Positions 1 through 9,785 of a stretch of DNA of 32,000 bases are shown in pieces. The position numbers were made by a program, and so were the translations under genes. The notes below the pieces were generated by a model that saw only the letters and a list, made by a program, of their open reading frames with translations, ran no database searches and had not been told where the DNA came from. The DNA comes from Methanopyrus kandleri AV19 (GTDB lineage Archaea > JAADCQ01 > Methanopyri > Methanopyrales > Methanopyraceae): the NCBI RefSeq assembly GCF_000007185.1, contig NC_003551.1:1050001-1082000 (forward strand), in the 5' to 3' direction. Position 1 is the stretch's first letter. Each line of letters opens with the position of its first letter.

Positions 1-962
1 AGGCTCCGCCAGTACGCCTTCATGACGAACTCTCGGAGTGCGTACATTCCGTCCCAGTCCACGCGGTACAGGAGGTCGAGCTTCTCCTCCACGGAGTCCC
101 AGAACTTGATCGCCGCCAAGGTGCCGGCGAACAGTGGCATCATGCCGACGAACGACGGGGAGTCCAGTGGGAAGTACGGGAACCCGTACTTAGACCAAAC
201 TAGGAACTTATCGAAGAACATTACTAAGTAATACGCGATTGCGGACATCATCATGACCGAGTAGTCCGCGAACGCTGCAATAGCTACTTTCAGGCTTTTA
301 ATTAGTAGATTGCCGCGCGTGAATATGGAGATTTTAGAGATTCTATTCACACCTTGGATGACATCTATGAAAGATAGTAACATCATAGCTACCAGTATAG
401 TGGAGGCTACTAAATACGCTTGGTCCGCCTCTATGATCATTAGGGAGACTATAAATGAAATTACGAAAAGGGCCCACGGCATCGTTACTCGACGAGCGAT
501 TAATCCCGGACGAGCCCAAGAAACGGCGGAATGAGCGGCCGTAAACATGTATGCTAATGTGGCCATAGGGGTCGCTATAGTGGTTGCTAGTGATATTTTT
601 ATGTTGAACAGCTGAGTTAATTCATTGTAAAGAATAATCGAACATACGGTACAAAAAATTGTCGATAATATTATGATTCCAGGTATGGGTATGAACGTTT
701 CTAGAAATAAGGTGTCTAAAATTACGCGTGAAACAAGTACTTGAAAGGGGGCGGAAGTAAGGACAGCTGCGATTAGTGAGAGGCTCACTGGAGCTAGTTT
801 CGTCGATCCTAGGACTATGAGTGTGGACAGCACGAAGATAACTCCGAGTACAGGGGAAGCGCCTAAGACGATTTTTATGAGTACGACCGGGTTACTGGCG
901 GCTCTACCTACTGAGCGGATTATCGCCACTAATGTGTCAGATATTGCGCCCAATTCAGTCAC
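1..962 (-). CDS. PelG-like polytopic membrane protein (exopolysaccharide export/flippase-like), C-terminus beyond left edge
   Basis: Hand translation of the minus strand from GTG at 962 to the window edge is open: VTELGAISDTLVAIIRSVGRAASNPVVLIKIVLGASPVLGVIFVLSTLIVLG...KVAIAAFADYSVMMMSAIAYYLVMFFDKFLVWSKYGFPYFPLD.... Many TM segments, and 'YYLVMFFDKFLVW' resembles the PelG 'Y.LGIWIDKxLFW' signature. Start overlaps the stop of the downstream-coordinate PelF-like gene (GTGACTGA). Not in the ORF track because it runs off the edge. Confidence 0.72.
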   Translation of the reverse strand, partial: MTELGAISDTLVAIIRSVGRAASNPVVLIKIVLGASPVLGVIFVLSTLIVLGSTKLAPVSLSLIAAVLTSAPFQVLVSRVILDTLFLETFIPIPGIIILSTIFCTVCSIILYNELTQLFNIKISLATTIATPMATLAYMFTAAHSAVSWARPGLIARRVTMPWALFVISFIVSLMIIEADQAYLVASTILVAMMLLSFIDVIQGVNRISKISIFTRGNLLIKSLKVAIAAFADYSVMMMSAIAYYLVMFFDKFLVWSKYGFPYFPLDSPSFVGMMPLFAGTLAAIKFWDSVEEKLDLLYRVDWDGMYALREFVMKAYWRS

Positions 963-2430
963 CCCTGGCGTATTTACAGTACTCCCGGAAGTAGTCATGA
1001 CACATGCGCATTACATCGTACTGTTTGGCGCGTTTGGTGGCATGATGTGCCATCTCGAACATTAACTCGGGATCGTAGAGTAGGCGTACCAGGTGCCTGG
1101 CGGCTTCGTCCGCGTCCTCGGATCGGAAGGTGCGACCGAAGTTCCTGTCGACTATGTACGGCACTGCGCCGACCTCGGAGGCTACTACCGGGCATCCACA
1201 GCTCATCGCCTCGAGGAGTGCCATTGGCAGTCCTTCCGAGCGGCTCGGTAGGAGGAAGATGTGGAACCTACGAAGCCACTTGACTACCTCGTCTGGAGTG
1301 CAGGGACCGTGGAACCTCACGATGTCTTCCAGGCCGTACTCCTTCACGAGTTTCCGGCACTCCTCGTAGTACGCCTCGTCTTCCACTGGGCCTACCACGT
1401 GGAACACGACATTGCCTATGTGCTCGACGGTGCGGGCCGCGATCTCGATAAGTACGTCGATACCCTTGACGCGTTCGATCCTCGTGATCGTACCGACCTC
1501 GAGCACTTCCGGCTCGTTGTACTTCCTCTCCAGGTCGCCGGGAGAGTACTTCCAGGTCTCTATTCCCGAGTAAACGACTTTGATTTTATCCTCAGGAGCT
1601 CCCTGCTCCAGGGCCAGCTCCGCGTGGTAGTCCGAGATTTCTATTATCTCCTCGCACTGCTCGTACGACGTGAGCATCATCGAGCGGAAGCACTCCTTGA
1701 AAAGCTCGCGTGTCGTCCTCCCGTACCCCTCCAGTCGCGTGTCGAGCTCCCTAAGCAGTATCCCGTGCTCGGTGATGATAAAGGGGACATTCCGTACCGC
1801 CTTCGCGACCGAGCACAGGAACCCGCATACTCCCGAGTTCTGGGCGTGCGCGACGTCACAGTTCGGTAGTCGTCTAGCGCCGGCGGCCGCCCCTAGCACG
1901 AAGGATGCTATGTTCACGGCTACCCAGAACACGTCGCTGAACGGGTTATTCTCGCACTTGTCCTCGTACTGGGAGGCTAGGTAGTGAACGTATCGTGCGA
2001 GCTCGTACATCGTGGAGCTGGCGAGTACGCTCGTGGGCGACTTGGAAACCTTCCACAGCTCCTTCAGCATTGGCTCCGAAAGTGGTTCACCTTCCACCAT
2101 CCTCTCGAAGGTGGCCCGGAGCGTTTTCGCTGCGGTCGACCACCTGAGGCGGTGTGTGGGAGTTATCCTGTCGAGCCACCGGCGCAGTTTGTTCCCCTTC
2201 GGGACGATCTCCTGAATTACAACATCCCGGACGTTTGCCGGAATTTCCACGACTGGTTCGGTTCTTTCCGGCCCCGTCATGCATAACACGTTGAACACGA
2301 CATCCGGTGAATACTTGATGAGGCGCTGGACCCAGGTGGTGACCCCACCTAAAGCTACGGGATAGGTAGCCTCGGTTACTACGGTGACAGTGGGTCGTTT
2401 GTACATCCCGCTTCCCCGAAATTCCACCAT
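955..2430 (-). CDS. PelF-like family 4 glycosyltransferase (alternative start MYKRPT at 2406)
   Basis: N-terminus 'VVTEATYPVALGGVTTWVQRLIKYSPDVVFNVLCM' matches the PelF 'EGTYPxxxGGVSSWVxxLI' pattern; C-terminal GT-B features 'VVYSGIETWKYSP', 'GTITRIERVKGIDVLIEIAA', 'FLLPSRSEGLPMALLEAMSCGCPVVASEVGAVPYIV'. Confidence 0.85.
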   Translation of the reverse strand: MVEFRGSGMYKRPTVTVVTEATYPVALGGVTTWVQRLIKYSPDVVFNVLCMTGPERTEPVVEIPANVRDVVIQEIVPKGNKLRRWLDRITPTHRLRWSTAAKTLRATFERMVEGEPLSEPMLKELWKVSKSPTSVLASSTMYELARYVHYLASQYEDKCENNPFSDVFWVAVNIASFVLGAAAGARRLPNCDVAHAQNSGVCGFLCSVAKAVRNVPFIITEHGILLRELDTRLEGYGRTTRELFKECFRSMMLTSYEQCEEIIEISDYHAELALEQGAPEDKIKVVYSGIETWKYSPGDLERKYNEPEVLEVGTITRIERVKGIDVLIEIAARTVEHIGNVVFHVVGPVEDEAYYEECRKLVKEYGLEDIVRFHGPCTPDEVVKWLRRFHIFLLPSRSEGLPMALLEAMSCGCPVVASEVGAVPYIVDRNFGRTFRSEDADEAARHLVRLLYDPELMFEMAHHATKRAKQYDVMRMCHDYFREYCKYARGD

Positions 2431-2588
2431 AGAGTGGTCGGCCTGGAGCTGGGTCCACGCTTCCTTCCTTTCGGTTTCTTTAGGTAATAACCCCAGTGAT
2501 AGGAGTCACCCCCGTCCGGTGTAGCCCCATCGCCCGGCGAGGAAACGGTATCTAGTACTTAATTCTTTGACTGGATGAAGGCATGTAG

Positions 2589-4142
2589 TTATCTGGTTTC
2601 GATCACTGTTGTGTCGGGTGGAACGTCCTCGGGTCGGGCGATCACTCGACACGGTCGGATCTCATCCCCCAAGTCGACCGGCCAATGGAATCCCGGGAGC
2701 ACGTCTTCGGGAACATCCACCATCTCGGCTTTCGTTCCCTCCTCGGCGTGGATCGGCGGTACCCGGGAGCTCACACAAAGTTCGGCACCCAACTGAGATA
2801 GGGTCAAGAGACCCGAGGTCGGGGGGACTGAAAAGGCCCTCTCCCCGTCGATGAGTACGCGCTGTCCGTCGAATCGGTAGTCCACGTTCTCCAACACGTC
2901 GACACCGAATTGAAACCTCGAAACGGCTCGGGGTACGTGCTCACGGAGATCCCCGGGCTCACCCTTCGTGAGATCCTCTAGGGTCCGGCGGAGCTCCTCG
3001 AGCGCCCCCCTGGAGGCGGGGTTCCCATCGGGGCGGCACGTGTAAACGACATCGTATCCTCTTTCTTCCAGCTCCTTTCCGACTTTCCGGTAACCGTCCG
3101 CGGCGTGGCACACTATCGGGAGGTCTCCCACTATCTTCTCAATAAGCGCCGCCGAGCGCTCGATCTCCTCTCGACTCCATTCCCCGGTGACTCGAACGTC
3201 GTAGTGGGCGGCGGGAAACGTCCTCTCCAGCGCCCTCGGCACGGCACCGAGTGGGCTGGTGATCATGATCTCATCCACGGGGAAATTCCACGTTATTCGC
3301 ATGATACGTCGGTGCGTGGGCGATCGTGAGTAGGGTTTCCGGGCGGAGCACGGGAGCAGGACGACCGCTTCCACCCAATCCGGGGGTTCGTACCGACGAA
3401 CGCGACGGAGCCACTCGGTGACCTCCGGACGGTCGAACGATAGGTCGGTAGCGCAGGCGATCTGGGTGTTCCGGTTCAGGTTCACGTATCGGGCGACGGC
3501 ACGTTCCCGGTCGCAGACCCGTAGGACTTCGGCGATCCTGGGGTGCCTCGCGGCCACGGACTCGACGAGTTCCCTCAAAGTGCCCTCACGGATCGCTTCG
3601 CGGAGCCTCAGCAGGCAGAACTGTAGCTGAGTCCAGTTCTCCCTGAGCAGCTCTTCGCGGTCCTCCGTCTCCACGGTCTCGGTCGAGAAGTCGTCCAACA
3701 GCAGTTGATCCTCCAGCGTCAGACGTAGACACAGTGCGGCGTCGAAGAGGTCGAACCCGAGGTAAAACAGCAGGGGGATCCATTCGGGATCTCGCACCGT
3801 CACGGCACGGACCGAGCCACTCCGACGTATCTTGCTCACTACCTCCGCGAACTCCCGAGCGTCCGGGATCGACTCGAGCCGGTACACCGTGATCGATCCG
3901 TCCGAAAGGGCTTCGGCCGGGTCCGTCCACGGGGACGGCAGGTCGTCCGGCGTGAGTCGTACGGAGTACGGCCGTGCCAGTTCCTCGAGCTCCTTCACGA
4001 GTTCTCGCACTTCGGGGACGTTCTCTACGGCGACGGACAGTCGTTCGGGGATGAGGAAGGGAGCCGGGGTTTCTACGCCCTCCACCTCGAGGACGCGCGC
4101 GCAATCACACCGAAGGACCCGGACTTTATCCCGCACCGACAC
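2589..4142 (-). CDS. arcS: Archaeosine synthase ArcS / TgtA2-type protein with PUA-like C-terminus
   Basis: 'VVLLPCSARKPYSRSPTHRRI' PCxxxKPYS motif and C-terminal PUA-like segment 'RVLIDGERAFSVPPTSGLLTLSQLGAELC'. Confidence 0.85.
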   Translation of the reverse strand: MSVRDKVRVLRCDCARVLEVEGVETPAPFLIPERLSVAVENVPEVRELVKELEELARPYSVRLTPDDLPSPWTDPAEALSDGSITVYRLESIPDAREFAEVVSKIRRSGSVRAVTVRDPEWIPLLFYLGFDLFDAALCLRLTLEDQLLLDDFSTETVETEDREELLRENWTQLQFCLLRLREAIREGTLRELVESVAARHPRIAEVLRVCDRERAVARYVNLNRNTQIACATDLSFDRPEVTEWLRRVRRYEPPDWVEAVVLLPCSARKPYSRSPTHRRIMRITWNFPVDEIMITSPLGAVPRALERTFPAAHYDVRVTGEWSREEIERSAALIEKIVGDLPIVCHAADGYRKVGKELEERGYDVVYTCRPDGNPASRGALEELRRTLEDLTKGEPGDLREHVPRAVSRFQFGVDVLENVDYRFDGQRVLIDGERAFSVPPTSGLLTLSQLGAELCVSSRVPPIHAEEGTKAEMVDVPEDVLPGFHWPVDLGDEIRPCRVIARPEDVPPDTTVIETR

Positions 4143-5580
4143 CCAACACCTCCTTCATCTCGCGATCGATCTCCTCCAGGTCGCGTCGGGTCTTCTCGGC
4201 GGCCTCACGCGCCAGGTCGGGAGCCACGCCCAAGTACTTCTCGGGGTCCAACACCTCATCTAACTCTTCTTCTCCGAACAGCTCACGGACGCGCTCTTCC
4301 TCCTTAACTACTTCCGCGAAGTCACGTCCTTCCTCCCAAGCCCTCATCGCGAGCCGTCTCACGAGCTCGTGCGCCTCCTGTCGCCCTATTCCTCGCTTGA
4401 CCAGTTCGACCATCAGTGCCTCCGCCATATTAAGCCCCTTCGTCAGCCGCAGGTTCTCCCGTATGTTCTCCTCGTAAACGCGTAATCCCTCCAAGTTGTG
4501 GATCGTCAGCCGCAGCATTTCGTCCAGCAGCAGGAACTGTTCGGGGAGGATCACCCGCTCGCTCGCGGAGTTCGTGAGGTCCCGCTCGTGTTCGAGCGGC
4601 ACGTTCTCGAGCGCTATCTGCACGTTTGACCGCAGTACCCTCGCCAGGCTACACACCCGCTCGGAACGGATCGGATTCCGCTTGTGTGGCATCGTCGAGG
4701 ATCCGACCTGCTTCTCGGGGTCGAACGGTTCCTCGACCTCCCGGATCTCCGTCCGCTGGAGGTTCCTGATCTCGCGGCCGATCTTATCCAGCGTCGAGCC
4801 GATCAGCGCGAGCAGTGCGATCAACTCCGCGTAGCGGTCCCGCTGAATGACCTGGTTGGACACGGTCACCGGCCTGAGGTTCAGCAGTTCCATCACCCGA
4901 CGCTGCACCTCAGGACCCTTCTCGCCCAGCGCCGCCATCGTTCCGACGGCACCGGACAGCTGCCCCACCAGTACCCGGTTCGCGCACTCCCGGAGTCGCT
5001 TCAGGTGCCTCACGACCTCGCGTGCCCAGATCGCGAACTTCATACCGAGCGTCGTGGGAACCGCGTGCTGACCGTGCGTGCGACCCACCATCGGGAGGTC
5101 GGCGTACTCCTCGGCCTTCTCCGCCAGCACTTCCGCTAGACGGTGCAGCCTGCGGTAGATTATCGACAGTGCTTCCCGCAGTACCAACGCGTGCGCGGTG
5201 TCTATCACGTCGTTGCTGGTAGCGCCCAGGTGCACGTAGTCCCCGCCAACCTCGCACCGCTCCGATAGCGCCTTCACCAGGGCCATCACGTCGTGTTTGA
5301 TCTCCGCCTCGATCTCCTTGACGCGTTCCACGAACCGTCGTAGCTCTTCCTCGTCGCCGGTGATCTCCTCGACGACGCGTTCCACCTCGTCCGCGGCCTC
5401 CTCCGGTACGAAGTCGAACACCTCGGAGAGCGCCCGTACCAGGGCCGCCTCAACCTCGAGCATCTTCGCCACTTTGTTCTCTTCCGAGAACACCCGGCGG
5501 AGCTCGTCCGATCCGTACCGTGACTCGATCGGATGAACGGGCAACTCAGAGCCCCCTCCGGTCGGGACGGCTCTCCGCAT
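4126..5580 (-). CDS. purB: Adenylosuccinate lyase
   Basis: Fumarase/ASL signature 'GSSTMPHKRNPIRSE', 'HLGATSNDVIDTAHALV', 'GRTHGQHAVPTTLG'. Conserved N-terminus 'PVHPIESRYGSDELRRVFSEENK' suggests the true start may be TTG at 5544. Overlaps arcS start by 17 nt. Confidence 0.95.
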   Translation of the reverse strand: MRRAVPTGGGSELPVHPIESRYGSDELRRVFSEENKVAKMLEVEAALVRALSEVFDFVPEEAADEVERVVEEITGDEEELRRFVERVKEIEAEIKHDVMALVKALSERCEVGGDYVHLGATSNDVIDTAHALVLREALSIIYRRLHRLAEVLAEKAEEYADLPMVGRTHGQHAVPTTLGMKFAIWAREVVRHLKRLRECANRVLVGQLSGAVGTMAALGEKGPEVQRRVMELLNLRPVTVSNQVIQRDRYAELIALLALIGSTLDKIGREIRNLQRTEIREVEEPFDPEKQVGSSTMPHKRNPIRSERVCSLARVLRSNVQIALENVPLEHERDLTNSASERVILPEQFLLLDEMLRLTIHNLEGLRVYEENIRENLRLTKGLNMAEALMVELVKRGIGRQEAHELVRRLAMRAWEEGRDFAEVVKEEERVRELFGEEELDEVLDPEKYLGVAPDLAREAAEKTRRDLEEIDREMKEVLGVGAG

Positions 5581-5633
5581 CCCTCGTGGTCGACGGCAAC
5601 CTACCCTTTCGTCATCGGGGGTAAGTTATCCCT

Positions 5634-6806
5634 TCACCGGCGCACCGAGACCTTCTGGGCGTGCACCCTACGGAAACCCAAAGATCTGGCGTACTCTTCC
5701 AGCTCGACCATGTCCTCGTACTTGGGGAGTGGCAGGTCTCTACGCCGAAACTCCGGTCGATAGTCCAGGTAACACACCTGGACGTCCTCTCCCAGGTGCT
5801 CGTACAGCCAATCCGTCAGCGCGAAGACCTCCTCCTTGTCGACCAGCTCGGGGTTGTACGGTATCCCGACACCCACGAAGACTTCCTCCAGGTATTCGTC
5901 CGCCAGGTACTCCAGGATCCGTAGCACCCCATCTACGTACTCGGCCGCCCCCTTCACGTCTATTCCGGCCACCTCGGCGAACGTCTCGGGGCGGAACCCC
6001 TTCACGTCGATCCCTATATCCGTCATGCCCGCCTCGACCAGCTCGTCAACGTAGTCGGGGGAGAGGACCGTACCGTTCGTGTCGACGTGCACTCGGAGGT
6101 CGGGTCCGCCGTACTCACGGCACTTCCTGACGAATTCCACGAGGAACTCGCGGTTCAGCGTCGGCTCCCCACCGGAGATCGCGACGCGGTTCACGCCGTA
6201 CTCTCGGGCCGTCCCGACCAGCAGTCGGGCCGCCTCCTCCGGCCGCATCCGCGCGCCCATCGCGGCCCCGAAGGCGATCGAGTGGTTCTGACATTGAGGG
6301 CACCTGAGGTTACAACCGTGCGCGAAGCACGCCGCCTCGACGTAGCCCGGCTTGTCCTTCAGCTCGACCGGGGTCCCCACACCGCCGACGGGATGCGGCT
6401 GGAAACCGCTGACGACCCGGATCTTTCCGTCGACGTCCTCCGTCTCGACCTCGTCACCCTCGGTGAGCTTGGAGTTGCAGGCCGGAACCACCTCGCCGTT
6501 GAGCCGGACGGCGCACGCGTAGCAACCTCCCACGCCGCACGGGGCGTCGACGTCGTGTCCTATCTCCCGGAGGGCCCCTTCCACCCACCGGGATTCGACC
6601 TCGACTTCTTCCCCGTCCACCCGTACCGTGATCGGTCCTTCCTCGACCTCGACTAACCTGCGGGCGCCGTACGGGCAGGCCGGGACGCACGCGCCGCATC
6701 CGACGCAGTCCTCACGGTTCCACAGGGGATCACCGACGGGACAGTCCACCACCTGGGAGCAATAGCCGCAGTGCCTGCATCCGACCAGTCGGACTTTCCG
6801 GACCAA
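5634..6806 (-). CDS. Radical SAM protein with fused N-terminal 4Fe-4S and plant-type 2Fe-2S-like ferredoxin segments
   Basis: 'CVGCGACVPACPYG' (4Fe-4S), 'CGVGGCYACAVRLNGEVVPAC' (2Fe-2S-like), then radical SAM 'CFAHGCNLRCPQCQNHSIAFG' (CX3CX2C) and 'AISGGEPTLN'. Confidence 0.85.
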   Translation of the reverse strand: MVRKVRLVGCRHCGYCSQVVDCPVGDPLWNREDCVGCGACVPACPYGARRLVEVEEGPITVRVDGEEVEVESRWVEGALREIGHDVDAPCGVGGCYACAVRLNGEVVPACNSKLTEGDEVETEDVDGKIRVVSGFQPHPVGGVGTPVELKDKPGYVEAACFAHGCNLRCPQCQNHSIAFGAAMGARMRPEEAARLLVGTAREYGVNRVAISGGEPTLNREFLVEFVRKCREYGGPDLRVHVDTNGTVLSPDYVDELVEAGMTDIGIDVKGFRPETFAEVAGIDVKGAAEYVDGVLRILEYLADEYLEEVFVGVGIPYNPELVDKEEVFALTDWLYEHLGEDVQVCYLDYRPEFRRRDLPLPKYEDMVELEEYARSLGFRRVHAQKVSVRR

Positions 6807-6845
6807 TCCACGCCCCTGAATGATGAGGGGGCGTAGGGGAAGAAG

Positions 6846-7110
<265 letters not shown>

Positions 7111-7199
7111 TCACCGTCTTGTCGCAAAACGACCACTGGAACAGCGCGAGCGCTAAAGCGGGGTAACATCGACTTCATCGGGTCGGCAGCCCACGCTTC

Positions 7200-7440
7200 G
7201 GCCGAGAACAGCCCCGACAACCAACCCCCGAGTCCCTTCGCGTACTCGGGGAACGCGATCGTGAAATCCAGTAGCATGAACGCGACGACTGTGATTCTCA
7301 CATCTACCAGGCACTCCATGAAAAACCGAGGCTGACTTGATTCTAAGAACATGAAACCGACCTGCATCATTACAACGAGTGCCATCGCCCGAATCAGGAA
7401 AAAGGATCGCACCCAGTCCCCGAGACACACCACATCGCTA
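7200..7440 (-). pseudogene. Remnant of ammonium transporter (Amt) N-terminal TM region (limits approximate, inside ORF 7011..7493)
   Basis: Within ORF 7011..7493(-): 'FFLIRAMALVVMMQVGFMFLESSQPRFFMECLVDVRITVVAFMLLDFTIAFPEYAKGLGGWLSG' resembles the Amt pattern 'ALVLLMxxGFAFLExGxVRxKNxxNxLMKNxxDxxVxxLAFxLLGFALAFG'. The remaining ~300 aa of an Amt are absent. Confidence 0.5.
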
Positions 7441-7571
7441 GTGCCTAATATAGATCGCCGACGTCTGCCGACAATAATTTCCTCAACTTTCATCCAGCAA
7501 GGCTTTCCGGAGAGGCTTGACTATTGGATTTATTCTGTGATCATTTACCGGAAAGATCTGCCTGAAAGAGG

Positions 7572-8501
7572 GTGCCGGCAATGGACGTCACAAAGCTCGT
7601 CATACATTATCTACTGGTGATCGCAAAGGTAGCACCTCTGGTATTCCTGGGGTTCTTTTTGGCTTCAGTAATGATAATCCTTCGAGTACATGAGAGGTTA
7701 GGAAAACTGACGGGTAGGAGGCTGGCGAGGTTAGGGTTGACCCCCGAAGCCGCGTCTGCGATGGCGGCCTCGCTCGTGAGTCCCAGCGCGGGGTATCCCA
7801 TACTGGCCGAGTTCCGGCGTGAGGGTCGCTTGGACGATCGTGACGTGGTGTTGCTGGTCGTCGCTACCACGTTCCCCACTACCGTGGGTGAGATGTTCCT
7901 GAAAGGGCCGTTCTTCGCGGCCCTGGCGATACTCGGTCCGAAACTGGGAACGGAGTACATGGGTGCGCTCTTCGTTACCGCGCTGCTCCAGACGCTCCCT
8001 GCCTTGGCACTGTACGGAGCGCGCTCCGGCAACGGGTCCGACATCCATCTGCCATCGACGTCCCACGACGACGTCCCGCCCCTCCGCGAGGCCGTGATCG
8101 AGGGGCTACGGCGTGCGGCCCGAAGGATGAAATACGTCCTACCTAGGATGGTCGGGATCGGATTACCCATGGTGATCCTGGCGGAAGTCCTTCGGTCGTG
8201 GGTCCACGGAGGCCTCGGTCCGGTGGTGGCGATCACCCTCGCTAACGTCAGCCACTACACGGTCGGGTACGCCACGGCGGCGGAGCTGGTTCACAGAGGA
8301 GTGCTCTCGGAGAGCGAGGCGGTGGCGGCCTTGCTCATCGCGGGATGCGCCAACGTCCTGATGATCTTCCTGAAGGCGTCGTTGGCGACGTACGTGTCGA
8401 TCTTCGGCTCCAGGCTGGGTCTTCGGGCGTGGGCCGCGAACTTGGGATCCAGCGTCGGAGCTCGGCTCCTGATGGCGTACGCGATACTGCGATGGTCGTA
8501 G
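7572..8501 (+). CDS. Nucleoside-recognition (Gate) domain membrane protein / putative permease (likely start 7581)
   Basis: Multiple TM helices; 'GLTPEAASAMAASLVSPSAGYPILAEFRREGRLDDRDVVLLVVATTFPTTVGEMF' is typical of archaeal nucleoside-recognition-type membrane proteins. Confidence 0.6.
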   Translation: MPAMDVTKLVIHYLLVIAKVAPLVFLGFFLASVMIILRVHERLGKLTGRRLARLGLTPEAASAMAASLVSPSAGYPILAEFRREGRLDDRDVVLLVVATTFPTTVGEMFLKGPFFAALAILGPKLGTEYMGALFVTALLQTLPALALYGARSGNGSDIHLPSTSHDDVPPLREAVIEGLRRAARRMKYVLPRMVGIGLPMVILAEVLRSWVHGGLGPVVAITLANVSHYTVGYATAAELVHRGVLSESEAVAALLIAGCANVLMIFLKASLATYVSIFGSRLGLRAWAANLGSSVGARLLMAYAILRWS

Positions 8502-8512
8502 CTAGGGAGTCA

Positions 8513-8522
8513 ACTTTATAGG
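8513..8522 (+). promoter_or_regulatory. Candidate archaeal TATA box upstream of alba
   Basis: 'actttatagg' about 80 nt upstream of the ATG at 8600. Confidence 0.4.
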
Positions 8523-8599
8523 ACCGAACGCGGCGGCTCGGTTCGCCTGAAAAGACACCGTTCGCGGCGATAGGGAAGAGATGCAAGTGGGGTGTTCCC

Positions 8600-8881
8600 G
8601 TGGCTGAGGAGAACGTAATCTACGTCGGCAACAAGCCCGTGACCAACTACGTCCTGGCGGTGATGACGCAGTTCAGTGAAGGCGCCGACGAAGTGAAACT
8701 CGTCGCCCGTGGCCGTGCGATCAGCCGTGCAGTCGACGTCGCGGAGTTCATCAGGAACAACGTCATGCCGGAGGTCGAAGTTAAGGACATCGAGATCGGC
8801 ACCGAGGAGATCGAAACCGAGGAAGGCGACACCATCAGTGTGTCTACGATCGCCATCACCCTGGCCAAGCCGTCCGAGTAA
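8600..8881 (+). CDS. albA: DNA/RNA-binding protein Alba
   Basis: '[50 protein letters not shown]' is a canonical Alba N-terminus/core. Confidence 0.95.
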   Translation: MAEENVIYVGNKPVTNYVLAVMTQFSEGADEVKLVARGRAISRAVDVAEFIRNNVMPEVEVKDIEIGTEEIETEEGDTISVSTIAITLAKPSE

Positions 8882-8908
8882 AACGCCCCTCCCTCCCCTC
8901 CCCTGAGG

Positions 8909-9742
8909 GTGCCCGACTTGCCGGAGCTCCCATCAGTGGAGGATCTGATGTCGCGAAACCCGGTTACAGTGGACGCCGACCAGTCCCTCAAGTTCGCCCT
9001 GAAGACCATGCGCAAGCGCAAGGTGAACAGACTACCCGTCACCGAGCGCGTGTCCGAGGACCGGAAGGAGCTTGTGGGCATACTCACGGTCCTCGACGCG
9101 GCCCTGGCCGTCGCCGATGCTATGTTCGGTGACCGTTCACCCTCGAGGATTAAGGTTTCGGAGGTCATGTCGTCACCCGTGATCACCATCTCACCCGGAG
9201 CCACCGTCCTCGACGCCGCCCAGACCATGCTGGTCCACGGTGTCTCCGGGCTCCCGGTGCTGGACGGTGACCGCCTCGTCGGGATGATCACGAAGACCGA
9301 CTTACTGGAGCTCGTGCGGTCCGAGGACTACGTGGCGCTTCACATGGTCAAGGATCCCATCACGGTGTCGGCCGGTACCAGCCTGCTTCACGCACGTCGA
9401 CTCATGTTCGAGGAGAACGCCAAGGTGCTTCCGGTCGTCGAGCGCGAGCGGCTGGTCGGGCTGCTGACGGACCGCACACTGGCACTCGAGCTTGCCAGAC
9501 TCCGCGAGAAGTCACCCAAGGGCAAGTTCCGATCCGCACTCAAGCGCGCACGCGTGGATGACGTGATGAGAACGCCGATCTCCGTACGGACCGACTACGG
9601 CCTGGTCGACGCCGCCGAGCTCATTGTCCGGAAACGGGTCCCCGGGGTCCCGGTGGTCAACTACCAGGACGAGGTCGTCGGCGTAATAACCAAAACCGAC
9701 CTCCTGCACTTACTGGTGGAAGAGCTGGAGGCGGCCGGCTAA
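8909..9742 (+). CDS. Protein with four CBS domains
   Basis: Repeated units: 'VEDLMSRNPVTVDADQSLKFALKTMRKRKVNRLPV', 'VSEVMSSPVITISPGATVLDAAQTMLVHGVSGLPVLDGDRLVGMITKTDLL', 'VKDPITVSAGTSLLHARRLMFEENAKVLPVV', 'VDDVMRTPISVRTDYGLVDAAELIVRKRVPGVPVVNYQDEVVGVITKTDLLHLL'. Confidence 0.93.
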   Translation: MPDLPELPSVEDLMSRNPVTVDADQSLKFALKTMRKRKVNRLPVTERVSEDRKELVGILTVLDAALAVADAMFGDRSPSRIKVSEVMSSPVITISPGATVLDAAQTMLVHGVSGLPVLDGDRLVGMITKTDLLELVRSEDYVALHMVKDPITVSAGTSLLHARRLMFEENAKVLPVVERERLVGLLTDRTLALELARLREKSPKGKFRSALKRARVDDVMRTPISVRTDYGLVDAAELIVRKRVPGVPVVNYQDEVVGVITKTDLLHLLVEELEAAG

Positions 9743-9785
9743 TTCTTAACCTCCACCAACCGCCCGTCGGACGGGCTCACCCGGG

